DNA from: Chlorokybus atmophyticus
Taxonomy: Eukaryota; Plantae; Mesostigma and Chlorokybus algae
Reading direction: 5' to 3'
DNA: 64,000 bases
Assembly: GCA_009103225.1 (NCBI GenBank)
Contig: RHPI01001507.1
Coordinates: 62,001-126,000, forward strand
In this document: in pieces, positions 46,401-59,453 of the stretch
Numbering within the stretch: position 1 is the stretch's first letter
Layout: each line of letters begins with the position of its first letter
Translations under genes and position numbers: made by a program
The notes under the pieces: model-generated
The model's input: only the letters and a program-made list of their open reading frames with translations
Database searches by the model: none
Told to the model about the DNA's origin: nothing

Positions 46401-47047
46401 AAGGGACTTAATGGGCATCATATCTGTGTCAGCTATTGCTTGCTACACAATAGTACAACTCACCCTCTCCCCAAGAACACTCTACTAGTAGGCGCCTATG
46501 CTCAACACTTTCTCTCACTAGCACAAGCGATCACAGAAGCGAGTGTGGGCCCGTAACCTGTTGAGAACTAGTGATGCGCCTAGTGTGTGTGTATTTGCCT
46601 CCTACATACAAGTGTGCACACACTAAGGACAAGTGCAGCAAGCACGCCAACTATAGAGACAACGTGCGACCCACAGTAAGCAGTATACAGTGTCTTATAT
46701 GCTATGCTACGAAGTACTAGTCAACTCTAGTCAACTCTGGTCAAAGTCAACACTAGTCAACACTAGTCAATGGTCAAAGTCAACGGTCAAAGTCAAAGTT
46801 GACCATGGTTGACCATAACTGCTTTAACTCCCGTAACTCCCGTAACTCTCGTAACTCTCGTAACTATAAAGGTTAAGCTAATCGTACCAACTACATGTAG
46901 GCGCCGCCTATACATGTACTTTCAACAAGCTATAACATCTAACAGACTATAGTGAACTGTAACTCCCACAACGACAGTTGACCATAACTCCCAAGGTGCA
47001 GTGATCGCAGAAGTTAAGCTAAGGCGCTCAACAAAGTACCTTTAACA
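43500..47047 (-). mobile_element. Copia family C 5' part (gag remnant, PBS, LTR 44404-47047 split by a family B insertion)
   Basis: PBS rc AGTGTGGGCCCATAACC ending at 44403; gag EPLDLDKYGTWSFQM; CHYCNKKGHLQKDC. LTR halves 44404-44614 and 46950-47047 together match rc of 58447-58765. Confidence 0.85.
44615..46944 (-). mobile_element. Copia family B gag-only element (2330 bp)
   Basis: LTRs 44615-45003 and 46559-46944, PPT rc at 45004, PBS rc before 46559, gag ORF 45652-46380 with CHYCKMKGHFVREC, perfect TSD GACTA; no pol motifs seen. Confidence 0.95.
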
Positions 47048-47056
47048 CACATAAGC

Positions 47057-47280
47057 AAGTGTGGGCCCACAACCTGTTGAGAACTAGTGATGCGCCTAGT
47101 GTGTATGTGCCTCTCACATGTAAGTGTGCACACACAAGGACAAGTGCAGCAAGCACACCAACTATAGACAAGATGTGCGACTATATTAAGCAGTATACAA
47201 TGTCTTATATACTATGCTACCAAGCACTTGTCAACTGTAATCAACTCTAGTGAAAATCAATACTAGTCAGCACGAGTCAT
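47057..47280 (-). repeat. PBS + partial family B LTR, truncated by a DIRS repeat
   Basis: AGTGTGGGCCCACAACC followed by TGTTGAGAACTAGTGATGCGCC..., broken at the B repeat (47281). Confidence 0.75.
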
Positions 47281-47993
47281 ATATCGACCCATAGAGACCC
47301 CCCAACATGAGCTATGTGTCGCATGTAACTCGTGCGTGAGTTATTGCGCTTCACACATTAAGTCGCACATTGTCTCTATAGTTAGCATGCTTGCTGCACT
47401 TATATCTAAGAAGCATATATATACACACTTGGCGCATTACTATTTTTCAACAGAGTTCTCCGAACAGAGATTTATCCAACCTAGGTATATGAGTTCATGA
47501 AGCGCATGAAATGCGCGCCCGTGACCTCAAAAACTCGATAATGAGTTATGAGACTCTTGTGCCCTGAGTGCTCTAGGCACTTGAGGACACAAACACTCAT
47601 TAAAGTAAGTTGTGAGTTATAAGCTCCTTATCTAGTTGCTTAAAACCCTAGGCCGACGGCGCCATCCTTGGCATGGGTGGCGAGTATGGTTTACTTGGTT
47701 TACTTTGCAAGTGGACATGCTCTCAGGTTTGGACCTTTGTGTTGGTCACCATGGCTCCACATTAGGTTGAAGACTGAGGTAGAGCGTGACTTTAGCACCT
47801 GACGTGAAGATGTAGTTCCTATGGTTGTAGCCTAGCACCTTAATGCGGACTTGTGTATTGATAAGCCTGTATATGTAGACTTGTACATTATAATATTGTA
47901 ATGCACTTGTGTGCTTGGCGTAGCCATCGTGCTACTAACCTATAGCAACCCCCTAGCATGAGCTGTGTGTCGCATACAACTTGTGTGTGAGTT
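47281..47993 (+). mobile_element. DIRS 3'-terminal unit B-(insert)-A-C-B without ORFs
   Basis: B 47281-47343, A ~47489-47690, C, B ~47933-47993; collinear with rc of 37804-38364 apart from a ~140-bp insert. Confidence 0.82.
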
Positions 47994-50572
47994 CTAGTCT
48001 TCACCCTTTGGCGCGCCCATCTTGTTTGTGATAATAAAGCATGGAAAGTTGTGTATGTGTGTGGATGATCGTGCTTTAGTTAAAATTACGGTAAAGAATT
48101 GATACCCATTCCCCCGGATTGATGATGTGCTTGATAAACTATTGGAGAATGCGTACTTTAATACGCTGGACTTGTTAAGTGGGTACCATCCGATCCGGAG
48201 GTATGTTTTTGATGTTTAGCAAACAACATTCAAAACTCCTTAAGGCCATTATCAATACACGATGTTACCATTTTCATTAACCAATGCACCTGTAGTGTTT
48301 CAGAAGGAGATGAATCATGAATCATGAATTTACATGGCACACTTGGCAAGGATGTTATTGTTTATTGGGATGACATTAATGTCTTTTGCAACACCACGGA
48401 TGAGCATAAGCAGCACTTGGAAGCGGTATTTGCTTGCTGCACCGTACACATCGATTGTTTGACAATCTTGCAAACTGTGACTTTTACAAGACGGAGTTGC
48501 CATTCTTCGGGCACATTATGAGTGGTGCGGATGTTAACCTGACCATCGTATAGTGCAAGTTGTGAAAGATTGGCAGCAACCTAAGAATATCCATTAGCTT
48601 CAATCATTCTGAAAAATGGCATACTACTTCCGCAAGTGTTCGATGGGGTATTCCACAGTGGTGGTGCCTTCAATAATCTGTTGCGGAAAGATGTTCCATT
48701 CTTGTGTTCGGTTGAACAACAAGCTGTTATGTAATAGGTGAAGCTAGCTTTGACTTGAGCCAATGCTGGTATTGTTGTTTGGGGACAAGCATTTCATTGC
48801 GGTTCAAGACGCGTCCACCCTTGGGTGTGGTGCAGTACTGTTGCAAAATGGCAGACCATGTGCTTATAATGGTGGGAAATTCATCCCAGCAGAGGTGAAC
48901 ATCACTATCACCAAGCAAAAGTTGCTTGGTGTAGTACATGCTCACAAAACATGGCGATGTGACTTGGAAGGGGTTTAATTTTCAGTGGCGACCGGTCATA
49001 TTCCACTGGCTTAATGCTTAACACAAACTTGTCACTTGAACAAGCTCGCTAGGATAAGTTGCTGTTTAAGTTCACTATTGAATGGGTATACCGGCTGGGT
49101 AAAGTTAATGTTGCTAATCCATGAAGTCACTTTTTAGTATCATTGGCAATGATGTGCGCAATTGCAACACGCGGTACATTGCCACCTAATGATGAGTTTG
49201 TGCAAGCTGTTGCGCAGGGTATACTCTGGTCTCATGGTTCTCATTAGAGGACAATGTGCAAATGTTGGACAAATGAGATAATCCATTATGTGGACACCAG
49301 CTTGGTGGTCTGTAACCCTGTTGGGTTGCGTGCAAAATGCATAACAAATGTACACTATCCACTGTACACTGGGCACTTTGGCAGTCGCAAATATGCCAAG
49401 GCAGCGCAACGGTCGTATTGGTGGTCATTGATGCATGTTGGCATGAAGCGGTATATAGACACATGCGACAAATGTCAATGTACAACTGTATCAGACACCC
49501 GCTTAGTTGCTGCGACCATTGCCCGTTTCAAATAGCACATGGGAAGTGTGAGTATGGACAAGCCGGTATAGACGAGCCATAAGATGATTGAAGGAGACGT
49601 CCCGGCATTATGTGTGTCCGACTTAAAGTGATTGGAATGTTTTCTCCGGATGATTGAGTTTGCAACCAATAATGCATAGCAAGAGGTTTTTTTTCATTAA
49701 ATTACGCAATGCATCTATTGGATCCCGCAAACATCAAGTTGCTCGCTATAGACACGCGTACCTGCAGCGCGCAAGATGGCTTTTGCCATGCCGGATATGT
49801 TAACGTTGGTAAAAGACTGTTTGTGCGCAGCGCAGGACAGCAAAAAAGCCCAAGCTGATGCGCATTATAGAGGCTAATTGCGATGTAGGCTGTTTGGTGC
49901 CTCTCACTACTACACACACATCCAGTTAGGGGGTGAGAACCCGCAAGTTTCTCTCGCTGAATAGGCCCTTTTGAAGTGATTTATTGGCACTCGCGCGTAC
50001 CGGTTGGACTTGCCAAAGTCGGCATGCATTCATTGTGTTTCATGTGTGTGTATTAAAACTATATCATTCCAACAATCTCGTTCAACCTCCTCCACCCCCC
50101 GTTGCAGTGGATGGCGACAATGCTTGTAAGTATGAGGTGGCAGCAATTGTAAGTCACCATAAACCTCGACGCGGACACCCATCTTATTTGATGAAATGGA
50201 AAGGGTATGGTGTTAAGCACAACATGTGGGAGCCTGAAAGGAATCTTATCACCTGCTAAGAGATTTTTTGGGGGTAGTATGTGATGTGTTCACACGCGGA
50301 CGGTACAAGGGTGCTGGCTAAAAGCTTTACTGCTTCCAGCCTGGTTCGCTTACTGCTTTGATGCTCAGTACCTATGGTGGGCTTTGCTAACCCTTTAATG
50401 AGGACATTAGAAGCGAAGTGGGGGAATGTAACAGAGTGCTATCTTTATGGAGGTTCCCCGCCCGTATTAAGGATTAAATAAGGGTCCCATCGGGTATATA
50501 CAACCAATTGAGCCATATTATGGTCGTTGACCTAGTGTTAAGGCCCTACTGTAGTGTTACTTATCTGTAACA
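47994..50572 (+). mobile_element. pol: Heavily decayed chromovirus (Ty3/Gypsy) pol 3' part with chromodomain, PPT and LTR start
   Basis: APILFV...YPFPRIDDVLDKL, GYHPI, DASTLGCGAVLLQNGRP, YTGHFG...CDKCQ; chromodomain YEVAAIVSH...YLMKWKGYGVKHNMWEPERNL (~50125-50250); PPT AAGTGGGGGAA, LTR from 50427 (end uncertain). Confidence 0.88.
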
Positions 50573-51209
50573 CTGATGTCGATATGAGGCAGAATTCTCA
50601 TATTGATATCAGCTGTATGGCGGCACGGCTATAGCAGCAGCCGCCATAGGCAGGGCATCTTCTAATTCGGCAGTTGCCCCAGGCAACGGCGAAGACAGCG
50701 TGACCGCAGGTGGTGTTGGGTTAGGGGATTGAAGGGAGGAGGTAGCACCCCCTCTCCCTATAAGGGGGACCCAACCTTGTACCAATGCAAGCGCGCGGTG
50801 TAAAATCCACAGTGTTTACGGCAAACTGTTGCGCTGTGCTGAACATGCGTGGCATTACGTGCCATTGGTCCATCATAGGGCGGCCAAAGATTCTTCGGGC
50901 TTTTGGCGCCGCATTTGGTAGCGGCGACTTTAATAGCGGTGTATGCATTGCTTAATTTGATGCGGTGCGGCATTATAGTGTTGCCATTTTTCAATTTCAA
51001 TTGCGGTGTTGAATCAATTGACCAGCTTTAAGCAATTCATTAGCTGCATAAAACAAGTCAAAGTCACTTTTTCCATCCCCGTGCTTATTAAACAAGGTGT
51101 ATATAAGATGTTGTTATAAGGTATTATCACAAACAGTTACACAAGCGATTATGAAATGGGTAGGTTGTAACAGTCACAATGTCAAGTAGGCAACAAAAGT
51201 AAGCGCACT

Positions 51210-51664
51210 TGTTGAAGGTTAACTTAACCTTCAACAAGTGCATATGCTTGAAGCATATGAGGTTTGCTAGTATAGTATGCTTATGGTATGATCAGCTTGA
51301 TGTTACGTAGACCATGTGCGGCGGTTGTGCTATTGGAGTTACAGTTAACAGGAGGTATATAAGTTATGGCAGTTATGGGAGTTACAACAATTATGGTCAA
51401 CTTGGACATTGATCATTGACTAGTTTTAACTAGTGTTAACATTCATTGTGGAGTAGTGTTTGCTACAGTTGACTTTGACTAAAGTTGACTAGTTCTCTCC
51501 AATGTTGACTAACTTGTTGTATAAGTCACGACATGTGGCGCATTCAGGTGGAACTGCAATACATTTTGCTTTGGTGTTGACATGTTTGTATGTTACACTT
51601 GGTGTTCCCCTAAGCAGAGCGCATGTATGAGGTAGGGCGCATACATGCACACTAGTTCTTAACA
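51210..51664 (+). repeat. Solo LTR, Copia family A, with fold-back insertion at its 5' end
   Basis: TGTTGAAGG...TTCTTAACA; inverted duplication 51205-51259. Confidence 0.88.
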
Positions 51665-52367
51665 AACGCACTTTATCTACGGGTAAAACCCTACTCAAAC
51701 ATAGAGTTGGCCACTGTGCGCACACTGATGCCTTGATGAAGATTAGTGCATTAGTAGAGCTTGCAACTTGGAGTTGGCACCTGTAAGTGTTCGACTGTGC
51801 AAGCATGCGTACACGAGTCTGTGCGGTGTGCAATTTTGAGCTGGGTTGTACTTGTGAAATATGCTTGTGAACGTAACTTGAAACGGAGGAAGTACGTCGC
51901 CAAGAAGAGGAGGCTCGATGGCAAGCAGAGGCAAACATGGCGCACATGCATATCTCTGATAATTGCGATCCCATGGCGGCATGCTAGGCCGCAAGCTATG
52001 ATATTTAATCAGTCTTGAAAGACACTCAAAATCAAGCACAAGTAGGGTAATGGATTGAAATGAGCTTATTGATGGCTATTCATATCACTTGTGCAGGTTT
52101 TATATTCAGCAGTGTGCATGGCAGGGCATTCATGCCGCACAGCCAGCAACATCTGCAGGCGTGCGAGTACCTGTGGCACGAGCTGCACTTGCATACACAA
52201 GCCTCTAAACAAGCCAGCACATCCTGTTGCCCGCCTCTCCCCTTGCTAGCATGCAGCTGCCGTTTATGGGCTGTCATAATACTACGGCACCAAGTCAAGT
52301 TGATACTGCTGGCATGCAGTTATAAACGACGTGCTCAAGTCCATGTCTGCACATGCACACGTATACT

Positions 52368-54661
52368 TGTTAAATATTATAGCTTGTTGAAAGTACATGT
52401 ATAGGCGGCACCTACATGTAGTTGGTACAATCAGCTTTACCTTTACAGTTACGGGAGGTTTGGGAGTTACGGGAGTTATGGTCAACCATGATCAACTTTG
52501 ACTTTGATCGTGAACTTTGACCATTGACTAGTGTTGACTAGTGTTCATTTTGACCAGAGTTGACTGGAGTTGACTAGTGCTTAGTAGCATAATATATAAG
52601 ACACTATACGCTGCTTAATACAGTGGGTCGCACATTGTCTCCATAATTGGTGTGCTTGCTGCACTTGTCCTTAGTGTGTGCACACTTGTATATAAGAGGC
52701 AAATACACACACACTAGGCGCATAACTAATACTCAACAGGTTATGAGCCCACCCTTGCTTGTATGATCGCTTGTGCTAGTGAGCGAAAGTGTTGAGCATA
52801 GGCGCCAACTAGTAGAGTAAATATGGGGAGAGGGTGAGTTGTACTGTTGTGTAACAAGCAATGGCTGACACAGATAGGATGCCCATCGAGTCCCTTAATC
52901 CGCACAACTACGCCTTATGGTCGCTGAAGATGAAGTTGGTGTTGATCCGCAAGAAACTCTGCAGTTTTGTCGACCCCACCTCCTCCACATCATAGCGGCC
53001 CAAAATGGGTGACGCTGGTATCTGGACAGAGAACTCACAATTAGCTTCTGCGCTTATCGGCTTGCACGTCAAAGACTTCCATCTTCCTCGTATTGCGGAT
53101 TGCAAGACTGCACGAGAGGCGTGGGAGGCCTTCGACACCCTCCTTAAGGCCAATAGCAACTCGCACAAGTTGCAGCTGAGACGCAAGTTGACACTTCTGA
53201 AAATGGAGCACGAAGAGCCATCCTTGAGTACATCTTGCATGCAAGGGAGCTTTGGCAAGACCTTGCAGCAGTGGGCCACAATGTGAACGAAGAGGAGGTG
53301 ATGTGGGCAGTCTTAGCTGGCTTAGGAAAGAGCTTTGCTATGCTAGTGACTGTGACTGTGTTGGAAACCTCAGATGTGGTTTTGATGTTTGCTGATGTAA
53401 TGCCTAAGCTGCTAGCGGTGGAAGGCAAGTTGGATGTTTAGGAGATAGAGAATGGTGGAGAACCTATCGCACTTGCTGCCTTATCTTCTCAACATACACG
53501 AAGCAGGAGCAAAGCAGGTGGTGGGAAGCCATTACGTGACAATAAGTGTCACTATTGCAAGACGAAGGGCCACTTTATTCGCAAGTGGCAGAAGAGGATC
53601 CACGATGAGGCAACCAAGGAGAAGCACGCCACGATGGCGATTGCATTTTAGCATTGGTGAGGACCTCAAGGAGTTGCAGTGGATTGTGTTTGTCCGTCCG
53701 CTCCCACTGCAAGGGCGCGTGAAGGACATACGTTGGTGGAGGTTGCAGACACAAACGTCTGTGAGACTTACTGCTAGCCTATGAGTAGCTGCTGGGGTTG
53801 AGCTGCATACACTAGAGGTTGCATTGCTGTGGAGTTGTTTTAGGTAGCACACAGGTCTGCGGTACTAGTTAGAACACTTCAATTGATTGGCATGCAAGGA
53901 CTGAGTTGTATAGCTAGCAAATAAGAGATGGGAGGGGTGCTTTCCTGAGTAGAAGGGTCTGATCAACCCTTGCACGGCCTACACTATGGTACAGCATTAA
54001 GGTAGAGAAATCAGTGTGGTTTATAGCATAGTTTGCCATTGAGGGAGTCTTCGAAACCACCTGAGCAAGGTCATGCGTGGCGTAATCGAACCTGATGCGA
54101 CAACTATGAGCAGGAAATAAGGAGTGTTGGAACCTTGTAGTCTTGCTGGCAGCACGAGGAGAAGGATGGTGTCATGAAGACAAGCATCAAGTCCGTGGGA
54201 GCAACACATCCGTGGGAGTGTTCAATGGAGTAAGTTTATGTGCGTAAGCTTGCGAGATGAACTTGGAGTTAACGGTCAAGCTGCTCGCGTGGGAGTGTTA
54301 ATGTTATAGCTTGTTGAAAGTACATGTATAGGCGGCGCCTATATATAGTTGGTACGAGCAGCTTAACCTTTATAGTTACAGGAATTATGAGAGTTACGGG
54401 AGTTACGGGAATTATGGTCAACTATGATCAACTTTGACTTTGACCATTGACTAGTGTTGACTTGTGTTGACTTTGACAAAAGTTGACTAGAGTTGACTAG
54501 TGCTTAGTAACATAGTATATAAGACACTATATATTGCTTAATACAGTGGGCCGCACATTGTCTCTATAGTTGGTGTGCTTGCTGCACTTGTCCTTAGTGT
54601 GTGCACACTTGTATGTAAGAGGCAAATACACACACACTAGGCGCGTCACTAGTTCTCAACA
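52368..54661 (+). mobile_element. Copia family B gag-only element (2294 bp)
   Basis: LTRs 52368-52738 and 54296-54661, PBS GGTTATGAGCCCAC, frameshifted gag ~52880-53650, PPT GCGTGGGAG, perfect TSD ATACT. Confidence 0.95.
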
Positions 54662-55000
54662 ATACTCGCTAACAACCGCGTTGCTTGTAGATATACACGC
54701 ATGTGTCGCAAACACATGCCAGCCATTTTAATGCTACTCCAGCTGCTGGTGTTAGGCCACCAACCGTGTAAATAGTGCACACACTTCAGCCGGCAGGTTG
54801 GTGTCAGTTTACTCACAACATGTATGGTGACAAGCCTGTATGCGCATTGATGTAAACACATTAAGTGACAGACATGTTTGCAGCCAAACGCATAGCATGG
54901 CAATGTGAACCTGCAGCATGATGAGCCGCCCATCAAGGCGAGTGCACTCATTTATTGTTTTGCATGCTGCGCGTCAATGTTCGCATTGTCAATAATAATG

Positions 55001-56654
55001 CTATGCGTTGTTGCTGAGCTCATCTGGCCATATAACCAGCGACTTCCCATTGAAGGATTCTTTCTTGCTTAGGGTACCAACTTTGGTAAAACCGTTTGGT
55101 GTAGGGAACCAATTGCCTTTGTATGTTGGTGTAAGCACAACTGCCTTGACTCCGGGATCTTTCTTTCTTTTATGATCTGAATACACTTGTATTAGGTCTA
55201 TAAGCTTTGAAGTAGCCCCATGAATCAGAACACTTTGCATATGTGGTTCTAAATCAATCACACTTGGCAATTGATACGTTGCATTTCCCAAACAGACATC
55301 ACACTTAAAAGGCAGTTTATTACACCATTTTCACTTAAGTTCATTTACAAAAGTCAAAGCTATGGTGCTATTCCCAGGCTCAGCTACCCAAAGATCCTAT
55401 TTGGGGCCGGAGACGCGCTGAGGGCAGCTCTTGATCAGATGCCCTTTTTCCTTGCAGAGGAGGCACTTCCCCTCCTTCATCAGCGCCAATTTCTCAGCTT
55501 CAGTAATGGTGAGGTTAACATACCCCGCCTTGTTGGCTGACTTTGCCAGAGGCCCTCCCTTCTTGGGTTTCGTATTTGCGAAAGTGGGCTTGTTTCTCAC
55601 AGAATCGGCCTTGGCCTTCTTGTGATGCGGGTTAGCCTCTCCTGCTTCTTTACCCCGCTTGTTTAGGCCTTTGTTTCGGGCTGTCTTAAGGCACCTGTCA
55701 ACCAAATCATCAAACTCATGACCCTTCCATGGGGCCAAATTTTTCGGAAACAACTGGGCAGTCTTTTATAGCTTGGGAGAGGCCGGAGGTGAAACAATCC
55801 ACCTTCTCCTCTCCATATATTGCCCACTTGAAACAATGCGAGCAACTCTGTGGCGAAATTGCTGGGCATACTCCGAAACATTGCCCTTCTCGCGCAACTT
55901 CTTCAGCTCAGCCCGGGGTTCTGCTACCAGATTAACTGAAGCATAATGGCTTTTCAGCATAGCCTCTAGCTCACTGAAGTCTGCCTCTTTTTCCTCAGCC
56001 GGTGTTTCCACCTTGGCTTTTCATAGGGTCTGTGGGACATCACCTAAAAAGGTGATTGCATCTGCAACCCATATCTCCACCAACTCTGCCTGGTGGTGAA
56101 GTAAGCGACTATGGCTTGAAGCCAATTCTCAATACTCTGATTCTTGTCGCCGTTGAATTTGGGAGGGCGAATAGCGAGTTTGCCCTTCCCTCTTTCTATA
56201 GCAAAAAGTCTGGCCTCCAGAGAAACTATCTTGTCGCTGATCTCTCTGGCCGCCTGCTCATGCTGACATGTTCAACAAGTACCTGAGCAGTGTCGAACAA
56301 CAACTCATTGTTCTCAACCATTGTCTTGATAGGTACATTGAATTTTACAGGCCCATGGTGAAGCTCCAGCCTGGATATGCGATGCTAATCGCGCTGAAGT
56401 CGGCAACACAGCATCTCAGCTGCCTCACCATAAGCTTGAGAACCCATTAATTCTCTCAAGCCATCATGAACCGTTGTCCATCCGGGAGTCAGCTCATCTG
56501 AGCTTGGCACCGGTACTGGGACTGACCGGAGTCTCTTTGGCAGCAAGTTCACCCCGGCAGTGGAGTCCGTGTCCATGATGGTGGCTGAATCCAGGTTGTT
56601 GGTGTTGGCCACAGCTGCTGCGTTGTTGGCATCACCCATCTTGGAAAAGAACAA
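55001..56654 (-). pseudogene. gag: Gypsy gag (retrotransposon-gag + CCHC) followed in frame by an MT-like domain
   Basis: AELKKLREKGNVSEYAQQF; CLLCKEKGHLIKSC; TAG at 55397-55399, then DLWVAE...PFKCDVCLGN...SVLIHGATSKLIDLIQVY...AVVLTPTYKGNW. Confidence 0.75.
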
Positions 56655-56716
56655 CCCAACTCTTAGTTCATTGAGCCCACTCTAAGCACAATAGACCTTA
56701 CCGCTCCAATACCAAA

Positions 56717-57764
56717 TGTGAGGCTCTGATTATCTTATTAGATGAACTAATAGTTGATTCACTTGTGAACTAACCTAAGTGAACTGTCAACTTGAACTAT
56801 TTAGTTTAGTGAACTAATCAGCTAAGTGAACTAATTCCATCAGTCGCGGGTGCGTTAAAATATGCAACACTTGTGCATATTTTAATGCACCCCTATCACT
56901 GTTACCAACTTTAGGCGTGTGGAAAACTGATCTTAGATAAAAGGGATTACTACCCACTTAGCTTTCCTACAACAACTAAGTTGTAACCAAACATATAATA
57001 TAAGTGTGAATCACTCAGTACATGGAAAGGCTTTGATATGGCGTTCCCTTAAATGGCCTCTCTCCGATCACCCAAGAACTCTAACCCTTAGTACCAGCCT
57101 TCACTCCAGTAGAGCGCCGCTTGCAACCACCTGAAAACAACTGAATGCCGACTACTTGGCACTGCCCCTTTTTATACTCTGGGGTTCCAGTGCCTTTGTT
57201 AGTTCAATACGCCCGTTCGGACCCTCGGAAATTATTTTTCCGAAGTGCCAACGCTTTTGGGCGAACATCGAAAACCTATTCCGAAATGCCACCCTTAATA
57301 CGATTCTCCTATGTTCGTAACTCTCAACCTAGGCCGACATCACTTTCGTTCAACCTTCCTACACAGGAGTGAACTAGTAGTGCGGAAATCCCTATGTTGA
57401 TTTACGACATAGTTCGACAATCCATATTCCCGGGAATTGTAATAGGTCGGAGTTCCCGATGGTACCTATCATTGTCGTAACTCCGATAGAGAGGTACCTT
57501 TTAGGTACTTCATCTATTCCTGTACTCTATGCTCAGTGCATTGGCGTAGGTCGCTTTAACGCGATTACCTTAATACTTAATGGTTAATGGATTCTGTGGT
57601 CTTAATGCCATGTTAAGATACCCTTTTTAACCATTAGATTGTAAGGACTCCTAATCCATAACGGTAGCTCAATTTCGTTTCATTAATCCTTAACGATTAA
57701 TGGATTCGAGGGTCTTTCAATTAAGGTCATAGCCATTAAGCTGTCACGTCAGCCAAGTACCACA
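56717..57764 (-). repeat. Chromovirus LTR (1048 bp) flanked by both PPT and PBS
   Basis: Minus strand: PPT AAGTGGGGAGGTA then TGTGGTAC...CCTCACA, then TTTGGTATTGGAGCGG (Met-tRNA-type PBS, rc 56701-56716). Confidence 0.85.
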
Positions 57765-57949
57765 TACCTCCCCACTTGTTCCTTTGACGTCCTCGTCAAA
57801 CTCACTTAGTCGATAGCCGCAAGACTTGAAGTTGATCAGGCCCTAAGACGGCATACCTCTTTTCGGGTGCCCTACTGGAACGAGCTTAGTATAATTTTCG
57901 GGTATATTCAAGATCAAAGGGACACCTTGGCTATATTATTTCTCCCTAT

Positions 57950-58310
57950 ACTTGGTCAATTGTACGCACGAATTGATCAACAAAATCATGATAATGACTT
58001 TGGAGAAACCTCTTTAGTACTTAAGTGTTGTGCTCCGCACTCAATCCCTTCAATTTAATGAGATACTCGAGAACGCGTTGTTGGCCCCGGGGACAGGTGG
58101 AGATACTCGAGATTCGCTTCTATCTCGTACCCAATTTCCCCTTCTACTTCGGGAATTGGCGGTGGTTGTCTTCGACCATTCGTTCTATATTCCTTCAAGA
58201 GAGATACATGGAACACATCATGTATTTTTCATGGAGTGGGTATCTCTGGAAGCTTGAGTTGATAAACAACTTTCCCAATTCGCTTAAGGACTTGCATCGA
58301 TCCTAACCAT
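57950..58310 (-). pseudogene. pol: Chromovirus integrase C-terminus + chromodomain remnant
   Basis: MQVLKRIGKVVYQLKLPE...IHDVFHVSLLKEY...EGEIGYEIEA...LEYLIKLKGLSAEHNT (frameshifted). Confidence 0.8.
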
Positions 58311-59453
58311 CGCGGCCACAACTTTTTTTTTGTCACGCCATTTCTTAAGCCTTAGGTTTTTCGTACTGAGCAAAACAAATTGCCCAATACTGAACACTAC
58401 TTCACGGCGGCTTCTATCGGCGTAAGCCTTTTGACGGCTTTGGGCTTGTTGCAAAAAGGTACTTTGCTAGGCGCCTTAGCTAAACTTCTACGATCATCTT
58501 CGCCTTGATAGTTACGGTTAGCTACCGTTATGGCATTTATAGTCCACTATAGTTAACATTGACTTTAACTTTCGACTTTGACCATTGACGTTGACTTTGA
58601 CCAGTGTTAACTAGTGTTGACTTTTAATAGGGTTGCCTAGTGTCAACTCATTGGTGTACTATATAAGACGCTGTATGTTGTACAATACATTGGAATTACT
58701 CTGCTCTACTACTTGTCAGCGCCACACTTGTGCGTGTGCATTATTGCTACTGTGCAATTTCAATAGGTTATGGGCCCACACTAGCGCCAGTATAGCACAC
58801 ACAAGTTGGTGTATCTTTAACGGTGCCGTCTGTATTGCGAATTTGTAAGGGAAGCATGGCGACCAGCTATGACAAGGTAAACATTGAGCCACTACACCTC
58901 GACAACTATGGGACATGGAGCATCCGGATGCGGTCGCTACTCATGCATAAAGACCTATGTTTGGTGGTGGATCCCGAGGAGATTGTTCCCGACATGGCTG
59001 ACGCAGATGTCGAGAAGAAATTTAACCAGGCACTTGCTTTGTTATAATTGAATGTTGTACAGCATCACTTAGCACTTGTTGCACATTGCAAGGTTGTTAG
59101 AGAGTTGGGGCAAGTTTGCAGATGTGTATAAGGCTAAGGACAATGCTAGGAAGTTGCAGTTGCGGAAGCAGCTGAATGCCTTGAGGAAAGATGTTGCTGA
59201 GCCTGTCCTCAAATTCATCTCACGAGCTAGGCAGTTGTAAGATGACTTGCTTGCCATTGGCCATGAAGTGAAGGAGGTGGAGGTCGTTTGGGCTATTCTT
59301 GCCGACCAACCCAAAGAGTTCGAGATGACTGTCACCATTATAGAGTCATCCAGTGAGGAGCTCACCCTTGAAGCTGTCACCCCACGCCTACTGTAAGTCG
59401 AGCAACGGGCATTCACTTCATGCCATAATGAAGCTGAAGCCATGGCATTCGAT

